Positions 10,420 through 18,226 of a stretch of 60,521 nucleotides of DNA are shown in pieces. Source of the DNA: an uncultured virus (IMG/VR IMGVR_UViG_3300036852_000709) (taxonomy: Duplodnaviria; Heunggongvirae; Uroviricota; Caudoviricetes); the IMG/VR virus record IMGVR_UViG_3300036852_000709, one strand, 5' to 3'. The stretch's first letter is position 1, and each line of letters opens with the position of its first letter. The translations under genes were made by a program, and so were the position numbers. The notes beneath the pieces were generated by a model, which saw only the letters and a list, made by a program, of their open reading frames with translations, ran no database searches and had not been told where the DNA came from.

Positions 10420-11102
10420 TTTATTCCGACGGTCCGATGCCTACCTCGAGCGAGCCCAAGTTGAGCGAACTCCGAAAGTTGGATCTTATGTTCGCGCTCG
10501 ACGACACATCTCGGCTGGCCGCCGTCATCCATGACCTCGCCGCCGCACTTTCGCACAAAAAGCCTAGTGGCCATTGCCTTGTCCACGGCGAGCTTCTGCC
10601 GGAACGTGACACCGACAAGTTCCTGTTTTGGTTTCATATCGACCAAAACGAAGAAGACCAGCGAGAGAAGTTGTTCTTCTGCCACTTCACATTCGTGCGT
10701 CAGCCAACCACGCCACCTCCCGAGATGCTCGCCAAGCGTCGTGCGGAAGGAATAACGGTGGAATCACTATTCAGTAGTCTATCAAAAGGAACCGGCAAGA
10801 AGAAAGTGCTCGCTCTATTCGACGCAGAACTTCGGCTATCGCGGAAGCGACGTTCCAAAAAAAGCATCGAGTCAACAATATCAGCAACGCCTATAGAATT
10901 CGGTTCCAACACGCTCGAAATCTGCGGAGCAGAGTATCGAGTCAAGGGCGAGGTCAGCGACGGCGTGAGCGAATTGCGGTGGTCTGACAAGGCGAAGGGG
11001 CACCGAAAAGTGTGGCTTCATTATAGCGCACATTGGGCGTGGGAATTTGCGTGGGATGAGGAGAAACAGCGGTGTCTCACGTACATAAAAGACCTGTTCT
11101 AG
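10416..11102 (+). CDS. hypothetical protein (IS cargo)
   Basis: GGAGGA RBS, GTG start, lower GC. Confidence 0.65.
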   Translation: MIYSDGPMPTSSEPKLSELRKLDLMFALDDTSRLAAVIHDLAAALSHKKPSGHCLVHGELLPERDTDKFLFWFHIDQNEEDQREKLFFCHFTFVRQPTTPPPEMLAKRRAEGITVESLFSSLSKGTGKKKVLALFDAELRLSRKRRSKKSIESTISATPIEFGSNTLEICGAEYRVKGEVSDGVSELRWSDKAKGHRKVWLHYSAHWAWEFAWDEEKQRCLTYIKDLF

Positions 11103-11182
11103 AGAACGACACCGAATGTCGGGGTGCTGCATGGGCCATGCATCGAAAGTTGCAGGGTGAGCCACATCCGCGGCGCCACGAA

Positions 11183-11596
11183 ATGGAGAGAGCAATCCGC
11201 GCAGCGGAGGAGCTGGAGACCGAGCGTCGAAAACAGCTTCTCGCGATGCGTAACATCGAGACTGCCGAGGCGGAGCAGGAGAGTACAGATCCCGCTGTAC
11301 TTCATGCCGTCACCGCGCAATTGGCCGTGTTTCCAGACTTCCTAAAGCTGAAGCACGGCCCGCTTCTTGTTGTGCTTGAAACCTGGTCCGACGGGTTAAC
11401 TGTCGCCAGATGGCCCGAAGGCAGGTTTCATGGCGAAGGTTCCTGCGACGCAGACGCCATCCGCGATTTGGCAGAGAATATCGAGGAATTCGTAAAAGAT
11501 ATTAACGAGATCCGCAAGACACATAAGCTTGCCGGTGCCGCACTCGAACAGTGGCGTGCGATCACGGCGATGTTTGATATCCGCGATGGCGACTGA
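11183..11596 (+). CDS. HicB-like antitoxin
   Basis: ETWSDGLTVARWPE...HGEGSCDADAIRDLAENI resembles the HicB N-domain. Confidence 0.6.
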   Translation: MERAIRAAEELETERRKQLLAMRNIETAEAEQESTDPAVLHAVTAQLAVFPDFLKLKHGPLLVVLETWSDGLTVARWPEGRFHGEGSCDADAIRDLAENIEEFVKDINEIRKTHKLAGAALEQWRAITAMFDIRDGD

Positions 11597-11608
11597 GCGG
11601 TCAGAGCA

Positions 11609-11872
11609 GTGAACTGGACAGATATTCGCAGGATGCTGCGCGGAAAACTTGGCTCCGAGCCTAGAAACGGACGCAAGCACGATACGTGGGACGTGTACTG
11701 CGGCGAATTTTATGTGGGACGAGTATTGGACTCGCATGGGAAAGGCGAGTTGACGAGTCGTGAAATCGGACACATCGCTCGCGATCTGAGATTGAACGAA
11801 TTTAAGCTCAAGGAACTTGAGCGATGTACGATGAGCAAAGAAGAGTTTTGTACATTTGTGACAGCTAAGTAG
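11609..11872 (+). CDS. HicA-like toxin
   Basis: 87 aa; KLGSEPRNGRKHD...SHGKGEL...IARDLRL pattern. Confidence 0.65.
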   Translation: MNWTDIRRMLRGKLGSEPRNGRKHDTWDVYCGEFYVGRVLDSHGKGELTSREIGHIARDLRLNEFKLKELERCTMSKEEFCTFVTAK

Positions 11873-11895
11873 GTCTGCACGCATCACGAGAAATG

Positions 11896-13008
11896 TTAAG
11901 CATCGAACAGTGATAGCTGTGTGCCATGGGGTGGAATCGGCTTCGGCGGCTCTGCCAGTCGCGCAGGCGCCGCCGCGAATAGGTCGAGCTGCCCTCGTGA
12001 CGCGGCGGGCACAGCGGGCTTTGCTGGCGCCGGAGCGGGCTTTGCAGGCCTTGTCGCGGGGCGTACGAGCGTGAGCGTGCGTCCAGTCGTGGTGATGCGC
12101 GTCGGCGCCTGGACATCGGCGCGCCGGACGAGCGCGCCAGGGCTCGGCGGGTCGCACGGCTCTGCCGCGAGGCACGCCTCGACAAACTCGATCGTCGTCC
12201 ACCGATGATCCGCGATCCCGGTCGCCTGCGCGGGCGTCTTGCCCTTGAGCGCGGAGTTAGGGCGGCAGAAGTTCGCCCACGTCGCGAACGCGCCTACGGC
12301 GGCCGTGTGGTGCTCAAGGCTCTTGGAGTGCCCGCTGCCGCGCCGCACGAGGCGACGCAGGTTCGTACGGAGGGCGAGCATCTCGCGCTTGGTAATCGAC
12401 GTCGAGATCTCGCCCGCGTCGGGCGCGCCGCAGATCACGCGCTTGCTCACACGAGGCGGCCCATGCGCCGGAGCAACCTTGTCGTAGTCGCGGCGGTTGC
12501 CGGAGAAGTTCTTCACAACCTGTCCGAAGTGCACCGCGCCGGGCGGCAGGTCGGGATTGAAGAACGCCTCGCCAACGGCTGAGAGATAGGCCTGCAAGCC
12601 ATCGGTCGAGAGGATCGGCACGGTCACGAGGCGCGCCCGCATGTCGAGCATGAAGGCCTTCGCGTTCACGTCGTCGCGCTTGCCCACGCGCCACGACACG
12701 ATGAGCTTCGAGGCTCGCGCAAAGGCGATCCACACCCATTGCTCGCCGATCTCTGGCGGGTCCGCGGGCGTGATGTTCTTGACGCGCTTCTTCACGAAGC
12801 TGTGCAGCTCGTCGGCTTCGATGTGCACCACGTCGAGATCGCGCACGAGCCGGTTGTGGAGCGCTTCCGCGCCGCGCGCGACGTCGAGTAGCAGCGCGGC
12901 GACCGTCTTGCGGTTGACGCCGCAGAGCCGCGACGTTGGGCGCATCCCGTTGCCCTCCATGAGGTGCTCGATCACCTCGGCGCGCTTCGCCAACGGCAGC
13001 ACGTGCAT
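11896..13008 (-). CDS. IS1-family transposase (third catalytic residue appears E>K)
   Basis: N-terminal HTH, EADELHSFV, LSTDGL, ISTSITKRE, NFCRPNSALKGKTPAQATG. Confidence 0.9.
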   Translation of the reverse strand: MHVLPLAKRAEVIEHLMEGNGMRPTSRLCGVNRKTVAALLLDVARGAEALHNRLVRDLDVVHIEADELHSFVKKRVKNITPADPPEIGEQWVWIAFARASKLIVSWRVGKRDDVNAKAFMLDMRARLVTVPILSTDGLQAYLSAVGEAFFNPDLPPGAVHFGQVVKNFSGNRRDYDKVAPAHGPPRVSKRVICGAPDAGEISTSITKREMLALRTNLRRLVRRGSGHSKSLEHHTAAVGAFATWANFCRPNSALKGKTPAQATGIADHRWTTIEFVEACLAAEPCDPPSPGALVRRADVQAPTRITTTGRTLTLVRPATRPAKPAPAPAKPAVPAASRGQLDLFAAAPARLAEPPKPIPPHGTQLSLFDA

Positions 13009-13083
13009 GAGCCTCTTGCCTCCGACGGTGGCCTGGCCCATGCTCATCGTGCGGGCGTCGCGTGGGCCTACCACCGATGTCCA

Positions 13084-13115
13084 GCCCCGCGCCGAGCACC
13101 ACCTCGGCGCGGGGC
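13084..13115. terminator. perfect 13-bp hairpin upstream of transposase
   Basis: GCCCCGCGCCGAG-N6-CTCGGCGCGGGGC. Confidence 0.5.
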
Positions 13116-13204
13116 ATTTCATTAGGTAGACGTCACAATAAGCCTATGTATCAAGGCTTTCGAGAGAACAGTTGGTCACATAGGACAGCGAATGTCCTAG
13201 CAAC

Positions 13205-13537
13205 ATGCAGCAGAGGTCAGCGGGTTGGAGGTCGACCGTGAAGGCATCCACGCGGAAAGCTCGCATCGTGGCGATTGGGGTGGGTATCGCCATGCTTATT
13301 GCGCTCCAAGGCAGCCTGTTCGCTGTTGGAGGATCGCGGCTGGCCGCCCAGGTAATGCACGTCCTGGCAGTTGTATCCACTTGCGTCTTCTTTTTAATCC
13401 GGCGCAAGCTGAGAGAGGAGTACCGCCGAAACGGCGAGACGGAGCCATTCGAGTTGCGCGTCGTACCGTGGCTCTTGGTTACCTGTGTTGTTCTATTAAT
13501 GCTGAGCGCTGCCCTCGGGCTCGGTCCATGGTCATGA
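13205..13537 (+). CDS. small membrane protein (IS cargo)
   Basis: three hydrophobic segments. Confidence 0.55.
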   Translation: MQQRSAGWRSTVKASTRKARIVAIGVGIAMLIALQGSLFAVGGSRLAAQVMHVLAVVSTCVFFLIRRKLREEYRRNGETEPFELRVVPWLLVTCVVLLMLSAALGLGPWS

Positions 13538-13656
13538 CTGGTGTCAAGCAAATAAAAATCGACGGGGATGTGCGGCCAACTCGGTAGCGTGTCGAGTGGC
13601 TTAAATTGAACGGTGCGAGTGGCCCGAATAGGGTCTATTTAAGCCACCGCCGTGCC

Positions 13657-13899
13657 ATGACCGCTGTCGTCGAACGAGCAAAGCGAACCGTGCGCTGTAC
13701 GTGTATGGCACTCCTCGAATACACGAAGGACGATGTGCGCAATGGATCGCCAAACGGGCGGCTTGCAACGAGCCATGCTGTGATCCACGGAGGCTGGCCG
13801 TGGATCGTATGTCCTGAGTGCGAGCGGGCGGTACTCGTGTCAGGTGTACGCATACATCTGTCAGACCCGAGCACGCAGATCGCCCAGCCGTCGCCGTAA
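13657..13899 (+). CDS. small Zn-ribbon-like protein
   Basis: ATG lies within the TSD; RCTC...CPEC. Confidence 0.65.
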   Translation: MTAVVERAKRTVRCTCMALLEYTKDDVRNGSPNGRLATSHAVIHGGWPWIVCPECERAVLVSGVRIHLSDPSTQIAQPSP

Positions 13900-14055
13900 T
13901 TGCCGAAGGCCGAGAGCGATGAGACGGAGTACTTCGCCGACGACTGGTACGAGTACGCCTCACGGTCGTATCCCGGCGATGTCCAGCAGTTCTGCAAGGT
14001 AATCCTGCCTAGACTGTGGGAGCTGATGCGCGCGGACGTGGAGGCTATGGCATGA
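13900..14055 (+). CDS. hypothetical protein
   Basis: 51-aa frame from TTG; stop overlaps ATG 14052. Confidence 0.45.
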   Translation: MPKAESDETEYFADDWYEYASRSYPGDVQQFCKVILPRLWELMRADVEAMA

Positions 14056-14468
14056 GCGATCTGGTTGTGACGGTGCCGAAGAATCTGTGGATCGATTGGG
14101 TGACAGAGGGCGATGCCGCTGGGCAGCCAGACAGCGGTGAGGAGTGGGGTTTCTACCTGGGCGGCGCTCGTCCAGACATAGAGCCTGGCGAGCATCTTTA
14201 CATCGTGGCATGGGGCCGCGTCCGCGGATATTCGCCTGTCACTCGAGTCGTCCAGGCGGAAGGACGATGGGTGATCTGTCGCCGGGGCGGGGCGGTTGCA
14301 TGCGCGATCCCCAAAGCGGTGTCAGGCTTTCGGGGGTGGAGACGACGCTGGTGGGATCGATCCGTCGAGACGCCGTTCGCGTTCCCAAACTGGATCACGG
14401 ACGGAGTGCCTGCTGGCGAGTTTGCCAATAGTCCGCGGAGCTTTCGCGAGTCGATTGGCCTGCTATGA
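14052..14468 (+). CDS. ASCH/PUA-like protein
   Basis: Trp-rich; PDIEPGEHLYIVAWGRVRG pattern. Confidence 0.5.
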   Translation: MSDLVVTVPKNLWIDWVTEGDAAGQPDSGEEWGFYLGGARPDIEPGEHLYIVAWGRVRGYSPVTRVVQAEGRWVICRRGGAVACAIPKAVSGFRGWRRRWWDRSVETPFAFPNWITDGVPAGEFANSPRSFRESIGLL

Positions 14469-14481
14469 GAATCGTAACTCC

Positions 14482-15441
14482 ATGCGCATCGCCGTAACAG
14501 GAGCACGTAGCCCCGATCGCCGAGGACGCACGGCGACGCATCGAGAGCGTCATCTATACGCACGCGCTGTGCACCTCGCGAAGTATGCAGCACGGTCGAC
14601 CCCGATGGATGCCGTGATCGTTCACGGTGCATGCTCGAATAGCCTCGAGGCCGTGTTCGTGGAGGCGTGCAAAGCCGCTGGCATTGAGGACGAGCCTCAT
14701 CCCGCCGATTGGAATGGCCCTCTCGGCAAAGCCGCTGGCAAGGCGCGCAACGTCTACGTGCAGACCTGCGATCGTGTCGAGGCGTTCCAAATGCCGTGGG
14801 GGACCGGTACTCAGCACGCGATCGGACTGGCGAACGCAAAGGGCGTCGAGGTGGTTGAGCACGTCGTGGAGCCGCTCAAGATCTGGACGTCGCGCGTCAA
14901 GACGAGGCCCGACGCGCTGAACATCACGCGAGCAATGGCGGACATCTATCAGCGGTCAGGGGAGTGTCACCCGGGAGCAGCGTTCGCGCCGTCGTGGGAT
15001 ATTCTTAGACCTGCCATCGCCGGGCGAAAGTTGATCGAGGCAGGGCTTGGCAACGCCGACACAGAGATGAACCTGTGGGCGACGTACTGGCCTGCGTTTC
15101 GCGACGAAATGCGCGAGTCGTACGTCGTTAATCGCAACGCGTGGGACTGGGTGCTTATTGGTGCGGAAGGAGAACCGCCGCGCGAGTCGGTCTGTCTGCA
15201 ATGCGTGTGCAACCTTGAGCGCTACCCAGGTCATTGCCATAGGCTGCTCGTTGCGGAGTATATGGCGAAGGCTGGCGCGGAATATATGTGGGGATTCAAT
15301 GAGCGCAGTGCGGGCCGAGGACCTGGAGGCCGTTTTGGGTCCTATGCTGAACGAACGCATTCGTGCGTTCAAGTTCATCAGCGGCGAAGCGGAGCCTGGA
15401 ATGAAAGCGATCGCCAATACGCTGTATCCATCGCTGCTTAG
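14482..15441 (+). CDS. SLOG/YspA-like domain fused to DUF488-like domain
   Basis: RIAVTGAR, VIVHGAC, HPADW...KAAGKARN, GTGTQHAI; then FAPSWDIL...CHRLLVAE. Confidence 0.7.
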   Translation: MRIAVTGARSPDRRGRTATHRERHLYARAVHLAKYAARSTPMDAVIVHGACSNSLEAVFVEACKAAGIEDEPHPADWNGPLGKAAGKARNVYVQTCDRVEAFQMPWGTGTQHAIGLANAKGVEVVEHVVEPLKIWTSRVKTRPDALNITRAMADIYQRSGECHPGAAFAPSWDILRPAIAGRKLIEAGLGNADTEMNLWATYWPAFRDEMRESYVVNRNAWDWVLIGAEGEPPRESVCLQCVCNLERYPGHCHRLLVAEYMAKAGAEYMWGFNERSAGRGPGGRFGSYAERTHSCVQVHQRRSGAWNESDRQYAVSIAA

Positions 15442-16267
15442 GGCGTTAGTTGTTCAGGCGATCTTGTCCGCCACTGGACGCATCCCTGTGATGATGGTGC
15501 GCCATGCGGCGGAGTTGGCGCACAAGTTCGCGCACATTGACGGCAACACGGCCACGGTCGACCTGCACGGCATGGCAAACTGGTGCAACGCGCGCGGGTC
15601 GCACCTGTAAGGAACCATATGGCCAATGACGAACAAGTATCGTTAACGGAGTGGCAACAAGCGCTGCTCGATTATGTGTGGGCGGAGGTCGAGCGGGTAT
15701 ACTGGAACAACACGCAGACCCACTTCGATGCGAAGTACGGCGAGCCGGACCACGGGATCGCCGGACTTGTCATCAGGCGATATTGGTGGGGCGACGAGGA
15801 CGAGCCCGCCGCTGAACTTCCACACATCGAATTGTGTGGGCTTCAATTCCGCTGGTACAAGTACTATGGCCGGAGCATGACAGTCTCGCGCGAGATGTCG
15901 TTCGACGAGTGGCTCGATTGGTTCGATGCGGCGCTTGGCACGGTGCGGGCAAGCGATGTCGATTAAACTGCCAGACGACCTCGCGGAGCTGGCCAACCTC
16001 TGTCGAAGGATCGAGGCCAAGGCGCGCAAGATGGCAACCGCGTTGGATCGGACGACGTTCACGCAACGGCCGGAGTCAGTCCAGGCGGCCGTCGAGAAGA
16101 ACCTGTTCGCGACGTACATTTATGGCCCGCACGATCACGGCACGAACGGCTGTCTGTTTGGAATCGTCGATGCGCTGGCACCAGAGATCGCGCGCGTCAT
16201 TGAGGAGCACGACGTACGGACGGCGTACAGCGTTGTCCATCCAGACACGGAAGGCGAGGGCGAATGA
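15299..16267 (+). other. three hypothetical genes
   Basis: 15299-15610, 15619-15966, 15956-16267. Confidence 0.6.
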
Positions 16268-16578
16268 GCGATGTAATCGAAGTTGTATCGGCGGCGATCA
16301 TTTACGACGGGCGTCTCCTGTTGGCGCAACGCAAGCCTACGGGATCGCACGGATGGTGCTGGGTAACACCCGGCGGGAAGGTCGAGCCTGGCGAATCGTG
16401 GGCAGACGCGCTGCATCGAGAATTGCGCGAGGAAGTCGCGCTCTATCCACACGCCTACCTCGACGACCGAAATTGGCTGGCGGCGCTTCGCTCGTCCGGT
16501 CGATTGCACAGGCGCGCAGGGGAAGGGCTTGGCGAAGGCATTCCGCGAGAGGCATCTGGCGGCATGCGCAGACTATAA
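16264..16578 (+). CDS. NUDIX hydrolase, C-terminus apparently truncated
   Basis: Nudix box PGGKVEPGESWADALHRELREEV. Confidence 0.75.
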   Translation: MSDVIEVVSAAIIYDGRLLLAQRKPTGSHGWCWVTPGGKVEPGESWADALHRELREEVALYPHAYLDDRNWLAALRSSGRLHRRAGEGLGEGIPREASGGMRRL

Positions 16579-16876
16579 GCGGATGTGCGCGCGTGGCGCG
16601 ATCCGGCCTGGGCACATCTGGCACACGCGGTCTGGCTCGCGCATCGTTCTGTTCGCCGCGACGAAGAACCATTGGTCGAAGCCGTCCGAACTGGAGTGGA
16701 TTCGGATGTGCCTCGAGCGCATCAACGAGTTCATCAGCGAAGGAGGAGTACCGTCGATCGCTGTGCCAGCGCTCGGGTGTGGACTCGGCGGGCTGGCATG
16801 GTCCGACGTTCGGCCGCTGACAGAGCGCATCCTAATAATCACCGACTGCGACGTGCGCGTGTACGAGCCTCATTGA
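16496..16876 (+). pseudogene. macro domain (DarG/TARG1-like), N-terminus missing or reached by frameshift
   Basis: PVDCTGAQGKGLAKAF, ATKNHW, SIAVPALGCGLGGLAW. Confidence 0.75.
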
Positions 16877-17139
16877 TGACGTATTGCAAGTTCTGCGGCT
16901 CAACCGAGCACATCGCCGGCATTGACTGTCCACTCGTCAAAAAGAAGCACGGCTCGGTGGACGTCGCGAGCGGGAGCGGGCCGTGGACATGGCACATCGT
17001 GCCGCCGTATCACGAGTGGCATTCGACAATCGCGGCAAGGACGGCCGATGCAAAAATGTTAGGCACGATCGCACACGGCTGGAACCCAGTGTTCGTGGCG
17101 ACGCCAAGCGATGACACGACCAAGCGACCAACACGATAG
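16876..17139 (+). CDS. hypothetical protein with zinc-knuckle-like N-terminus
   Basis: YCKFCGSTEHIAGIDC. Confidence 0.55.
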   Translation: MTYCKFCGSTEHIAGIDCPLVKKKHGSVDVASGSGPWTWHIVPPYHEWHSTIAARTADAKMLGTIAHGWNPVFVATPSDDTTKRPTR

Positions 17140-17157
17140 CTGCCTTCCAAGAGCCGG

Positions 17158-17511
17158 ATGGACCTTGAGCCCGCGTCACACGTGACGATGATAGCCATGA
17201 TGCCGCGCGACCCATACGAGGACGCATTCCGCCCGTTGGTGGAGCGTCTCGTGCTTCAGGTCCTCCGCGAGCACAGCCGCGGTAGTCCCTGGATCTCACA
17301 CCGTGACTCCCCGCTTGGGCCAGAGGTCACCCGTCGGTTGTGCGCACGTGGGCTCATCCCGGCGCGCAAGGTTGGCGCTGTGTGGGTGATCGCGGTGGCG
17401 GACCTGGACAGGTACATCGAAGAGCATCAAGCGCGTCCTGAGCCCGCAGAGGACCGCGACGGGGATCTGGGCGCGAAGCTCCAGGCGAGAGGGGCGAAGA
17501 TACGCGGATGA
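17158..17511 (+). CDS. excisionase-like HTH protein
   Basis: RRLCARGLIPARKVGAVWVIAVADLDRYI; near att site. Confidence 0.75.
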   Translation: MDLEPASHVTMIAMMPRDPYEDAFRPLVERLVLQVLREHSRGSPWISHRDSPLGPEVTRRLCARGLIPARKVGAVWVIAVADLDRYIEEHQARPEPAEDRDGDLGAKLQARGAKIRG

Positions 17512-17514
17512 TCC

Positions 17515-17543
17515 TTGTCACTGCGCGCCGCTCGACTTATGGT
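17515..17543 (+). promoter_or_regulatory. sigma70 promoter
   Basis: TTGTCA-N17-TATGGT. Confidence 0.7.
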
Positions 17544-17549
17544 CATCTC

Positions 17550-17630
17550 GGTCTGTGCGGCGCTTGAGGTAAGTCAAGCATCCGAGCAGAAAGCAGCCCG
17601 GCGGGAGCTGAACCCCGCTGGGCTTTTTTT
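17550..17630 (+). ncRNA. candidate ~80-nt small RNA
   Basis: own promoter, hairpin GCTTGA-GGTAAG-TCAAGC, terminator hairpin plus T run, no ORF. Confidence 0.55.
17596..17630 (+). terminator. rho-independent terminator
   Basis: AGCCCGGCGGG-loop-CCCGCTGGGCT followed by T run. Confidence 0.8.
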
Positions 17631-17961
17631 ATGCGCATGCCAGATATCGAAACGGCACGGCGACGAGCGTCCGTGATCGACGCGCTGAGCACATGTCGCC
17701 GAGCCGACCATCGTGCCGATGGATCCGACACCTAAGATTCCCGCGAAGAATGGCCTCGGTGGTCGTTCCAAGCGCGCGGGCAAGTCGGTAAACAAATTTG
17801 ATGCCTGGGCCAAACTTTGACGCGAGGGTGGCCGATACGGTTTGCTGCCTCATCCCAAGGCGGCGAGCGAGTTCGGCCTGCGTCGTGTGCTTGAGTTCCT
17901 CGCGGAGCACGTTGCGTACGCGGTTGCATTCGTCGCGCGTGAGATGCTTGCCTGCGCCCAT
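17629..17961 (-). CDS. XRE family repressor-like HTH protein
   Basis: TTQAELARRLGMRQQTVSATLAS...LARALGTT. Confidence 0.8.
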   Translation of the reverse strand: MGAGKHLTRDECNRVRNVLREELKHTTQAELARRLGMRQQTVSATLASKFGPGIKFVYRLARALGTTTEAILRGNLRCRIHRHDGRLGDMCSARRSRTLVAVPFRYLACA

Positions 17962-18167
17962 GATGTCCACCATCGTGTCCAGAACCGTGAGCCAACTGCA
18001 ACGATCTGTCGGTGGGCCATGAAGGACTTGAACCTTCAGCCAATGGATTAAGAGTCCACTGCTCTACCTGCGCACACCCGCAGATTGCGGCAATTGCGCT
18101 GCGGATGGCAGTGATCCGCAGATGTGGACATCTCGCCGGACACGTTCACGGGCACGTTGGACACGTT
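17962..18167. repeat. putative integrase arm-type sites flanking att core
   Basis: GTGGACATC 18124, GGACACGTT 18138 and 18159, GGGCACGTT 18150; inverted GATGTCCAC 17962, CGTGTCCA 17974. Confidence 0.6.
18011..18068 (-). other. attP-like core: 3' 58 nt of tRNA-Lys(CTT)
   Basis: minus strand GGTAGAGCA-GTGGA-CTCTTAA-TCCAT...GAAGGTTCAAGTCCTTC-ATGGCCCACC; 5' acceptor strand absent. Confidence 0.85.
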
Positions 18168-18193
18168 GCCCACGGCGGGCTGATGGTTAGGTT
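18166..18193 (+). promoter_or_regulatory. promoter, TGGT-TANNNT class, with leaderless mini-ORF 18201-18230
   Basis: TTGCCC-N16-TAGGTT-N7-ATG. Confidence 0.6.
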
Positions 18194-18226
18194 GGGCTCT
18201 ATGAACGATAGCGGATGGGAGGCACT

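Larger units (their letters stand above)
8863..13651. mobile_element. IS1-family cargo-carrying element, 4789 bp
   Basis: TSD GTGCCATG at 8855-8862 and 13652-13659; imperfect IRs GGTCGTGGCCCCATTTGA / GGCGGTGGCTTAAATAGA; IS1-like transposase inside. Confidence 0.88.

Noticed and set aside
18011..18090. Complete tRNA-Lys gene
   Set aside because: The 5' acceptor strand and 5' D-stem are missing; treated as an att core
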